Positions 9,554-16,984 of a stretch of DNA of 64,000 nt are shown here, piece by piece. Origin of the DNA: Gemmatimonadaceae bacterium. GTDB lineage: Bacteria > Gemmatimonadota > Gemmatimonadetes > Gemmatimonadales > Gemmatimonadaceae. The notes under the pieces are model-generated. The model saw nothing but the letters and a program-made list of their open reading frames with translations, did no database searches and was not told where the DNA came from. Numbering within the stretch: position 1 is the stretch's first letter; the number at the start of each line of letters is the position of its first letter. The position numbers and the translations under genes were made by a program. Where the stretch lies: contig JACMLX010000187.1 in the NCBI GenBank assembly GCA_014379355.1, positions 9,037 to 73,036 on the forward strand, given 5' to 3'.

Positions 9554-9571
9554 GTGTTGATTTTTCAGCAC
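9554..9571 (-). promoter_or_regulatory. AT-rich motif GTGCTGAAAAATCAACAC (minus strand), a second copy of the blaI-upstream operator half-site
   Basis: It lies about 27 nt upstream of the HEAT lipoprotein start codon. It closely matches both half-sites of the palindrome at 12182-12216 (GTGCTGAATAATCAAC / GTGCTGATTTTTCAAC). Confidence 0.4.
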
Positions 9572-9587
9572 TTCAGGGCAAAGGAAG

Positions 9588-9604
9588 AGCGCGAACGTCG
9601 CGCT
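9588..9604 (-). terminator. short GC hairpin (AGCGCGA-ACG-TCGCGCT) after the M56 gene; weak terminator/attenuator candidate
   Basis: A 7-bp perfect stem lies 35 nt downstream of the M56 stop. On the minus strand it is followed by CTTCCTTTGCC, which is only moderately T-rich. Confidence 0.3.
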
Positions 9605-9638
9605 GTTCCGTCGTGCACGTGCGGTAGAACTCGACTGC

Positions 9639-11759
9639 TCAGGGATACGGGCGCGGACGCGGTCGTGGCTGCGGCCACGGCTCGTCACTACGACCGGCCA
9701 GTGATCGAATGGCGAGCGCGCGCGCGGCCGCATCCGACCCTTCGATGATGCGCTGCAACGGAGCGACGGCGCGTTCACCCATCACGCTGATCGCGCGCAC
9801 CATCGCCCATTTGGTGTCGGCATCCGTTTCCTTCGACAGCGCCGTCTCGAGCGCGGCAGCGGCATCGCCATCCTCGATCTCGAACAGTGCCCACGCCACC
9901 GTGGCGCGCACTCGCGCATCACGATCGGTCAGGGCACTGATCAGCGCCGCCGGTGCTCGGCGCGGGTTGGAATTGCCCAGGCCCCACGCGCCGAGTTCGC
10001 GCACCGCTGCGTCGTCATCCGTGAGCGCCGACGTCAGCGCCGAGACGACACCCGGAGTACTTCCCTCACCGCCATCGCCAAGTGCCCAGACGGCCGTCTT
10101 GCGCACTGCCTTGTTGCGGTCGTCGCGAATGACGTCACCGAGGGTGCGCGCGACACGCGCATTGTCCGCGCCGTCAGCGAGCGCCCATGCGGCCATCTCA
10201 CGCACCTCGGCACTGACATCCTGTCGCACCGCGTAGAGCAATGCGTCCCGCGCCGCGTCGTTGTCGACGAAATCGTTCAATCCCCACGCCGCGGTGCGCC
10301 GCAACGATGCGGATGTGTCCGTGCGGAGAATGCGGGCCAGCACGCTGGCGCGCGCGCTGCTGTCACCCGCGGTCCTGGCCGACGGCAGCGAGCGGAGCAA
10401 GCCATCACCCTGCACACCCGTCGCCAGTGCGATCACCGGCTCCGGCGATGCCTGCGCCTGCGCTGTCGCCACGGCGACCGCCCCAGGTTTCGCCGACGGT
10501 GCCGGAGCCGGCATCGGTCCGCCCCGGCGACGCTCGTCAGTGAACTCCGACTTCACCGTCATGGTGTCGACGCGCGTGTCGTCGCGACGCACCGTGTCCA
10601 GCACGGCCACGTCATTCGAGCGCGACGGTGCGGGGCGTTCCAACTGCGGCGCGCTGGTCACGCGAGGCACAGCCGATCCGGTGACGATCGCGAACATCAT
10701 CACACCACCTGCCAGCGTACTCGCCTGCACGCGCGTCGGTGAGCTGCGCGAGAGATGCGGGTCGAGGATCGCGAGCATGCGCCCCTCGAACTCCGACCGC
10801 GTCGCCATCGCCATCGCGACCGACGGAGTGCCGTGATTGCGCACCGATGTCACGATATCGAGCAGATGTTCCGCGTAGTCGCTGGCGCGCGTGCCGCAGC
10901 TCAGCGCGAGATCATCGCAGGCGCGCTCGCTTTCGGAACGCAGTCGGCGTGCAGCCATCCACGCCAGCGGATGAAACCAGTACAGCGCACAGACGATGCG
11001 GCCGAGTGTGTGGCCGACGATATCGCGGCGGCGGATATGTGCCAGCTCGTGCAGCAGCACGGCGGTGCGGCGCTCGTCGTTCCACTTCTCGCAGTCAGCC
11101 GGCATCACGATCGTCGGCGTGCGCAGCCCGCAGGCGAAGGGCATGGTCACGTTGTCCGCGCGCAGCAGGACCGGCACTTCGGTGAGCTCGAGCCGATCCG
11201 CGATATCCATCATCGGGCCCTGCCACGCGACGCTGTCGAGTTTCGTGGCGCCGCGCACGATGCGGCGGACGGTCGACGCACCATAGCCAAGCCAGCCGAG
11301 AATGCCGACGGCAACGGCGGCCCACACCAGTGCGATGATGGTCGTGAGTGGCAATGGTTTGCGCTCGGTGACGTCGGCAGAGGACGCCGCGCTCATCGCT
11401 GCGGACGCCGGCGTGGTCGCGGTGGGCGTCGCGGCGTCTGACGCACGCGTCGTCCGGGAATCACTCGCATCCGTCGGCATACCACCTGATTCCAGCGCAC
11501 CGACGGGAATCACCACCGCTGTCGCGCCCCATGTTGCCGGCAGCAACTGCAATCGGATCGGGCTCCACAGCGCGAGCGCGGGAATCACCAGCATCGCGAA
11601 CAGCGACGCGACCCATACCAGGTGACGCGACGTGGCCGATGCGCGCTGCATCAGCGTGGTCAGCGCGAGCGCGACCAGCAGGACCGCGGTCGCCTTCAGA
11701 ACGATGAGCAGCACCGGCATCAAGGCGATTGCGCGAGCATCGAGGATCGAGGTATCCAT
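9639..11759 (-). CDS. M56 family (BlaR1/MecR1-like) membrane metalloprotease signal transducer with C-terminal HEAT-repeat domain
   Basis: N-terminal TM helices and the zinc motif HELAHIRRRD. A fourth TM (GGVMMFAIVTGSAV) is followed by an Ala/Pro-rich linker and about 7 HEAT-like repeats (VREMAAWALADG, VRKTAVWALGDG, VRATVAWALFEI). It ends in EPWPQPRPRPRPYP-stop. No penicillin-binding S-x-x-K sensor domain is visible. Confidence 0.85.
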   Translation of the reverse strand: MDTSILDARAIALMPVLLIVLKATAVLLVALALTTLMQRASATSRHLVWVASLFAMLVIPALALWSPIRLQLLPATWGATAVVIPVGALESGGMPTDASDSRTTRASDAATPTATTPASAAMSAASSADVTERKPLPLTTIIALVWAAVAVGILGWLGYGASTVRRIVRGATKLDSVAWQGPMMDIADRLELTEVPVLLRADNVTMPFACGLRTPTIVMPADCEKWNDERRTAVLLHELAHIRRRDIVGHTLGRIVCALYWFHPLAWMAARRLRSESERACDDLALSCGTRASDYAEHLLDIVTSVRNHGTPSVAMAMATRSEFEGRMLAILDPHLSRSSPTRVQASTLAGGVMMFAIVTGSAVPRVTSAPQLERPAPSRSNDVAVLDTVRRDDTRVDTMTVKSEFTDERRRGGPMPAPAPSAKPGAVAVATAQAQASPEPVIALATGVQGDGLLRSLPSARTAGDSSARASVLARILRTDTSASLRRTAAWGLNDFVDNDAARDALLYAVRQDVSAEVREMAAWALADGADNARVARTLGDVIRDDRNKAVRKTAVWALGDGGEGSTPGVVSALTSALTDDDAAVRELGAWGLGNSNPRRAPAALISALTDRDARVRATVAWALFEIEDGDAAAALETALSKETDADTKWAMVRAISVMGERAVAPLQRIIEGSDAAARALAIRSLAGRSDEPWPQPRPRPRPYP

Positions 11760-11762
11760 GAC

Positions 11763-12158
11763 CTATCTCCCGCTCTTGCGAGCGCCGGCAATGCGGGCGC
11801 GCATCGCCTGCAGTTCCGTGTCGGTGAGTGTCGTGTCCGACATGCGGAGCAGCGCGGTCACCGCCTGCTCGGTGGAACCGGCGAAGTACGTCCGCACCAC
11901 GTGATCGAGCACATCGACCTGCGCCTGCTCGGTCGGTGCGGCCGGGAAATACACGTATCGCGGTCCGTCCTCCCGAAAGGCGATCAGCGCCTTCTCGCCG
12001 AGGATCCGGAGAATCGATCGCACCGCCGAATACGTCGGCGGATCAGCGAGCTCGGCCATGATTTCCGCAACGGTGGACTCACCGCGCCGGTGCAGGATGT
12101 CCATCACCTGCCGCTCTCGGCGGGTGAGATCTTCGGTGGTCTTGGGCGACAGGGACAT
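11763..12158 (-). CDS. BlaI/MecI/CopY family transcriptional repressor
   Basis: 131 aa. The winged helix LTRRERQVMDILHRRGESTVAEIMAEL...YSAVRSILRILGEKALI and a C-terminal dimerisation helix are typical of the family. The gene lies 3 nt upstream of the M56 gene. Confidence 0.9.
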   Translation of the reverse strand: MSLSPKTTEDLTRRERQVMDILHRRGESTVAEIMAELADPPTYSAVRSILRILGEKALIAFREDGPRYVYFPAAPTEQAQVDVLDHVVRTYFAGSTEQAVTALLRMSDTTLTDTELQAMRARIAGARKSGR

Positions 12159-12181
12159 GGCGAAATCGGCCGGAGGCTGGT

Positions 12182-12233
12182 GTGCTGATTTTTCAACTGT
12201 GTTGATTATTCAGCACGTCCCCTCCGATGTCAA
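12182..12233 (-). promoter_or_regulatory. candidate sigma70-type promoter (TTGACA-N17-AATAAT, minus strand) overlapped by imperfect palindrome GTGCTGA-N21-TCAGCAC (candidate BlaI operator)
   Basis: The minus strand reads TTGACATCGGAGGGGACGTGCTGAATAATCAACACAGTTGAAAAATCAGCAC. The -35 is at 12228-12233, the -10 at 12205-12210 and the palindrome at 12182-12216. It ends 24 nt before the blaI-like start and forms an AT-rich island in a GC-rich genome. Confidence 0.5.
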
Positions 12234-12511
12234 GGCCCCCTCGGCACGCTGCACACGCGGGTCCCCGACCCGACTCGGCGCTCGACCAGCCCCTCGCTGG
12301 CCAGCTGTGCGATCGCCGCCTCGACCGTGTTCCGAGAGACCCGCAGTTCCTTCGCCAGCGCGCGCGACGCCGGCAGCCGATCGCCGACACGCAGCTCTCC
12401 GCGCATGATGGCGTCTCGCAACTGGTCGCCGATCTGTCGATAGAGCGGCGTCTCCGCCAGGGCGCCCCTTCGATGCACGCGAACACGCGACCTCACTCGC
12501 GCGTCCTCCAC
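12230..12511 (-). CDS. GntR-family winged-HTH domain only (short stand-alone regulator or gene remnant)
   Basis: PLYRQIGDQLRDAIMRGELRVGDRLPASRALAKELRVSRNTVEAAIAQLASEGLVERRVGSGTRV is a complete GntR DNA-binding domain. The ORF stops right after it, with no effector/oligomerisation domain. Its 5' end overlaps the carboxylesterase 3' end. Confidence 0.5.
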   Translation of the reverse strand: MEDARVRSRVRVHRRGALAETPLYRQIGDQLRDAIMRGELRVGDRLPASRALAKELRVSRNTVEAAIAQLASEGLVERRVGSGTRVCSVPRGP

Positions 12512-14073
12512 AGCTTGCGCAGCACCGGCTCCACGAGGCCACAGACTGATGCGCCGAGTCCGGTGCGCGCGCCGATCGTGGTGCCGAGCTCCTGATACGC
12601 GTCATCGGATGCGCGATAGGCAGGCCAGAGCGGCAGCGACGGTCCATTCGGATCACCCGTCGCGGCGAATCGGAGCCAGTAGCCGACCATCGTATCACTC
12701 AGTGTCGAATCTGGCGCTTCGCGTTTGCGTGCAGGGTCACGTGCATTGAACACGTAGTCGATGTCGGCCGCGTGATACGCGCCCATCCCTTCCTCACCCG
12801 GTGGGACGCGCGAGAACAGGTACAGGTACGACGGTGTCGCGACCCTGGTCATGGCGCGTGCCGTGAGACGCGTCTGACACGTGAAGTAGAAGTCCGTCAC
12901 GAGACGACGCGCCGCCAGATCGACATCGCTGTCTGTCGGCGCGGGGTACAGCGCGAGCATCGAATCCCTCGAGGCGCCGAACGTGTCGCCGACCCACGTA
13001 CGGTAGCCAGTGAGCGTGCGCGCGAAGGCAGGCATTGCATCACGCAGTGACGACATCTCGAGCGCCGTGCTGCCGAGGATCAGCGGTACCGGCATCTGCT
13101 TTCCGCGATCGAAGACGCGCGCGGTCATTTCGCGCAGCACGAGGCCATCGACGATCGGCTGGAAGATGCCACTCTGCAGGAAGACGCTTTGCGCCTGCAT
13201 CACGGTCTCGGCCGGCACTGCGCGCAACGCCTTCAGCACCTCGTCATCACGTGCCGTGCTGTCCGGTGCTACGCCCAGCGATCGCGCGAAGATCGTGCCG
13301 AACCGCTCGGCGGTGGTGAGTGACGCGAGGCCATCCATCGGCGCCCCGCTCTGTGGAATCGCCCGCTGGAACAGTCCCTTCGCGAGCGGCGACGCCATCA
13401 GGTGCACGATGTTGTTCGCGCCGGCGGATTGGCCATACACGGTCACGCGCGTCGAATCACCACCGAATTCGGCGATGTTGCGCTGCACCCATCCCAATGC
13501 GGAGAGAATGTCGAGCAGTGCGTAGTTGCCCGATGCATGCGCCCGCCCTTCGCGTGAGAGCGCCGGATGCGCGAAGAATCCCATCACGCCGACGCGGTAG
13601 TTGATGCTCACGAGCACCACGCCTCGGCGAGCCAGTGTCGTGCCGTCGTAGTACGTCCGGCCGGATGTCCCGGCGATGTTCGATCCGCCGTGAATCCACA
13701 CGATCACGGGCCGCGGTGCGGAGTCACGCGACGGATCGGTGGTCCAGACGTTGAGCGTGAGACAATCCTCGCTCACATCGCCACGGACCTCTCCGTCGAG
13801 CGACACGGGCTGCATGCAGGCGTGGCCAAACTGCGATGCATCATGGGTGCGACCCGGCACCGACCGATACCGCTGCGTCGGTTTCCAGCGAAACGCCCCG
13901 ACCGGGGGCGCGGCGTACGGAATCCCCTTGAACGCCGCCACCGCCGGCGCCGGCGCCGCGCTCCATTGCCCCTCGACCCGTTCTCCCTCGAGTGACACTG
14001 TGGGGCGCGACTGCGCATGACCGCACATCGGGATGATCGCAAGAAATTTGATCAGTCGTCGTACGGTCAGCAC
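12493..14073 (-). CDS. type-B carboxylesterase (para-nitrobenzyl esterase-like), secreted
   Basis: 526 aa with a signal peptide, FKGIPYAAPPVG, EDCLTLNVW, the oxyanion motif HGGS and the nucleophile elbow YGQSAGA. Confidence 0.9.
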   Translation of the reverse strand: MLTVRRLIKFLAIIPMCGHAQSRPTVSLEGERVEGQWSAAPAPAVAAFKGIPYAAPPVGAFRWKPTQRYRSVPGRTHDASQFGHACMQPVSLDGEVRGDVSEDCLTLNVWTTDPSRDSAPRPVIVWIHGGSNIAGTSGRTYYDGTTLARRGVVLVSINYRVGVMGFFAHPALSREGRAHASGNYALLDILSALGWVQRNIAEFGGDSTRVTVYGQSAGANNIVHLMASPLAKGLFQRAIPQSGAPMDGLASLTTAERFGTIFARSLGVAPDSTARDDEVLKALRAVPAETVMQAQSVFLQSGIFQPIVDGLVLREMTARVFDRGKQMPVPLILGSTALEMSSLRDAMPAFARTLTGYRTWVGDTFGASRDSMLALYPAPTDSDVDLAARRLVTDFYFTCQTRLTARAMTRVATPSYLYLFSRVPPGEEGMGAYHAADIDYVFNARDPARKREAPDSTLSDTMVGYWLRFAATGDPNGPSLPLWPAYRASDDAYQELGTTIGARTGLGASVCGLVEPVLRKLWRTRE

Positions 14074-14086
14074 ACGATCAACTCCT

Positions 14087-14178
14087 CAACGCAGAGTCGC
14101 AAAGCGGGAAAACGAGTCGCGATGATCTTGACCGGATTCGACTGCCGCGTCTCTCCGTCCGTCTGCGACTCTGCGTTG
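14087..14178. repeat. perfect 15-bp inverted repeat (CAACGCAGAGTCGCA ... TGCGACTCTGCGTTG) with 62-nt spacer
   Basis: Arms at 14087-14101 and 14164-14178. It lies in the 135-nt gap between the serine hydrolase stop (14209) and the carboxylesterase start (14073). Confidence 0.7.
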
Positions 14179-14208
14179 GGCAGTTCGCATGCGTAGTCGC
14201 GCGGCACT

Positions 14209-15528
14209 CTAGCGCGCGTTCGGAATCAGCGATTGATACACCAGATTCACGAACCGCGCACCGACGTCGCTCGAATTCGGGAGCTGCTGCATCATGAACA
14301 CGATCACCAATCGCTCTTTCGGATCGACCGCATAGCTGGAGCCGTACGCGCCGCCCCATCCGTACGAACCGACCGAGCGGAACCCATCGGCACCGAGCCG
14401 ATCGACAGTGGAGAAACCGAGCCCGAAGCCACGACCGTCTGTGGAGAACAGGGTGCCGGTCTGGTTGCTGGACATGACGTCCACCGTGCGCGGTGCGAGG
14501 ATGCGCGCACCCTCGAGCACACCACCGTTCAGCATCATCTGCAGGAACCGTGCGTAGTCGCGCGCCGTGGACACGAGGCCGGCGCCACCGGAGAAGCTGA
14601 CGCGTGGACCGTCGGCGTAGTGCCCCTGGCCGCGCGCGCCATCGGGCGCCCGCACGCTGTGTCGCAACGAGTCACTCATGTAGACCGTTGTGAACCGCGC
14701 GCGTTTCGCGTCGGGCACGTAGAAATACGTGTCGTTCATCCGCAGGGGCGCAGTGATTCGGGCCCGGAAGAATTCGTCGAGCGCCAGACCCGACACCCGT
14801 TCCACCACGCAGCCGAGTATGTCCGTGTTGTAGCCGTAAACGAATGCCTCTCCCGGCTGCTGCACGAAGGGCAGCGACGCGAGGCGATCGATGGTGGTGC
14901 AGATCGGTTCGGACTTGTCGGCGAAATACCATCCCCATCCAGCGGCCGGCCCGAGATCCTTCGCGCGATACTGTGCGGCCACGTGTGCGTCGGTGCCATA
15001 TGAAGCGCCCGACGTGTGCGTGAGCAGGTCCCGGATCGTGACCTGCCGTTTCGCCGCGACTGCCGACGGCGCACCTGTCGTCTGCACTGTGGTCGTCGCG
15101 AAAGCCGGGATGAAGCGGCTCACGCGATCGTCGAGCGACAGTTTCCCCTGCTCCACCAGCGACAGGATCGCCACGCTCGTCAACGCCTTCGACTGCGACG
15201 CGATGCGGAAGATGGCGTCCGAGGTCATGCGACGATTCGATTCGCGATCGGCATACCCCACGGCGCGTTCGTACATCACTTTCCCGTCGCGAAACACGAG
15301 CGCCACCGCGCCCATGATGGCGTTGTCGGTCACCGCCCCATCCAGCAGCGAGTCGATGCGCGCCAGGCGTGCGGCGGACACACCCGGCATGCTCGCCGCG
15401 CCTGGGGTACGTGACACCGGCGCGGCAAAGCCGGCTTGCGCATGCAGGGACGGCGTCGCGACCAGCATATTCCCCAGCGCGACCACGAGTCCGCGCCACA
15501 ACGACCGTGAGTAGTTTGAAGGAGTCAT
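14209..15528 (-). CDS. beta-lactamase-fold serine hydrolase (class C / family VIII esterase-like), secreted
   Basis: Start taken at MTPSNYSRSLWRGLVVALGNMLVATPSLHAQ (signal peptide). It carries the S-x-x-K motif ASQSKA and a Y-x-N motif (YGYN). The longer track ORF (to 15873) is an upstream extension without family features. Confidence 0.85.
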   Translation of the reverse strand: MTPSNYSRSLWRGLVVALGNMLVATPSLHAQAGFAAPVSRTPGAASMPGVSAARLARIDSLLDGAVTDNAIMGAVALVFRDGKVMYERAVGYADRESNRRMTSDAIFRIASQSKALTSVAILSLVEQGKLSLDDRVSRFIPAFATTTVQTTGAPSAVAAKRQVTIRDLLTHTSGASYGTDAHVAAQYRAKDLGPAAGWGWYFADKSEPICTTIDRLASLPFVQQPGEAFVYGYNTDILGCVVERVSGLALDEFFRARITAPLRMNDTYFYVPDAKRARFTTVYMSDSLRHSVRAPDGARGQGHYADGPRVSFSGGAGLVSTARDYARFLQMMLNGGVLEGARILAPRTVDVMSSNQTGTLFSTDGRGFGLGFSTVDRLGADGFRSVGSYGWGGAYGSSYAVDPKERLVIVFMMQQLPNSSDVGARFVNLVYQSLIPNAR

Positions 15529-15574
15529 GCCGGCCACTATGCCGGCGGGGACCGTCTTCAGCAAGGCGTCGACG

Positions 15575-16796
15575 ATGCGCTGGTTGCCTCTCGCGTGGTG
15601 TGGCATCGCGGCATGCTCCGCTCCACACCGGGCGCCGCTCGTCAATCCGCACGCAGCGGAGCCGATCGGCACCGTGCGCGAGATGTACGATGGACGACTG
15701 ACACCCGAACTCGCGGCCCAGACGTTCCGCAACATCGATCGACTCTTCCCGTCGCGCGTCGTCGCGCGCGGCACCAGCACGACGCCGCTGCCGCACGCGG
15801 CGCGCCCGATCGCTGCCGTCACCTGCAGCTCGCGTGGCCGGAACGTCACGCTCGACGAATACATGCGCGTCAATCGCGTCAGCGGACTGCTCCTGCTGCA
15901 GGACGGCCAGATCGCACTGGAGCGCTATGCGCTGGGCAACACGGAATCCACGCACTGGATGTCGATGTCCATGGCGAAAATCGGTGACCTCGACGCTGAT
16001 CGGTATCGCACTGCGTGACGGTGCGATCCGCAGCCTCGATGATTCCGTCACGCGATACGTACCGGCACTGGCAGGGAGCGCGTATGACGGTGTGACCGTG
16101 CGCAACATCCTCACGATGGCGTCCGGTGTCCGCTGGAACGAGACCTACACCGATCCTACGTCGGATCGACGACGCCTGCTGGACGTGCAGATCTCGCAGG
16201 CGCCCGGTGCTGGACTGACGCTGATGGCGGCGTTGCCGCGCGCTGCCGCACCCGGGTCCGTCTTCAACTACAGCACCGGCGAAACTCTCGTGGCCGGAGA
16301 ACTCGTGCGCGGTGCGGTCGGCACGTCGCTGTCTGCATTCCTCAGCGATAAGATCTGGCGACGCATCGGCATGGAAAGCGATGCGACCTGGTGGCTCGAT
16401 TCACCCGACGGCCACGAGATCGGTGGCAGCGGGATCACCGCCACATTGCGTGACTATGGGCGCTTCGGCCTGTACATCATGCGCGGCGGCGTGATCGACG
16501 GCGACAGCACGCTTCCTGCCGGATGGATTGCCGAAGCCGGCTCGCCGAAAACACTGAGCTCCGGCAAGCGCGAAGCGTACGGCTACATGTGGTGGCCGGT
16601 CGAGAACGCGCTCGCCGGCAGCATTCACGAGGGCGCGTTCTCCGCGGCGGGAATCTTCGGGCAGTGGCTGTACGTCAATCCGAAGCAGCGGGTGGTGATC
16701 GTGCAGTGGAGCGCGCAGACTGCACCATCGGGCGGTGACGTCGTGAATCCCGAAGATTGTTTCGGTGCATTGACCATGGCGGCCATTGCGCACTGA
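15575..16796 (+). pseudogene. beta-lactamase-fold serine hydrolase lipoprotein, interrupted by a +1 frameshift at 15977-15980
   Basis: Track ORF 15527..16018 carries the N-terminus: MRWLPLAWCGIAAC lipobox ... HWMSMSMAK. Track ORF 15834..16796 continues in the next frame with SVTSTLIGIALRDG...NYSTGE...YGYMWW. The two join cleanly if one A is removed from GCGAAAATCGG. Confidence 0.75.
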
Positions 16797-16984
16797 CGCA
16801 ATTGCCGACGTCTTCGAGCACTCGAGTCCGCCGCAACTTCACGGATGAATCAGTACTGCAATCGCGCTCACATCGACTTTGCCTGCCGCGCGCCCGCCGG
16901 CACGCGTAACTTTCGCGCACGGCCAACGTCCCGACACAGCGCTGCGTACGGGGCTCTGGACACCCTGCCTTCCGGTATCGATCC

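Noticed and set aside
8178-11759. A classical beta-lactam resistance (bla/mec) operon, given BlaI plus BlaR1-like genes and nearby beta-lactamase-fold hydrolases at 14209-16796.
   Set aside because: The M56 protein lacks the penicillin-binding sensor domain. The hydrolases are separated from the module by a GntR remnant and a carboxylesterase, and they lie in separate transcription units. One is frameshifted, and both look like generic family VIII esterase/class C-fold enzymes.
16797-16984. A possible metal-responsive operator upstream of the DUF305 gene (the 8-bp palindrome CAGTACTG in an AT-richer patch).
   Set aside because: Only 8 bp are palindromic and the flanks do not extend the symmetry. 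There is no resemblance to CueR/CsoR/CopY boxes that I can defend.
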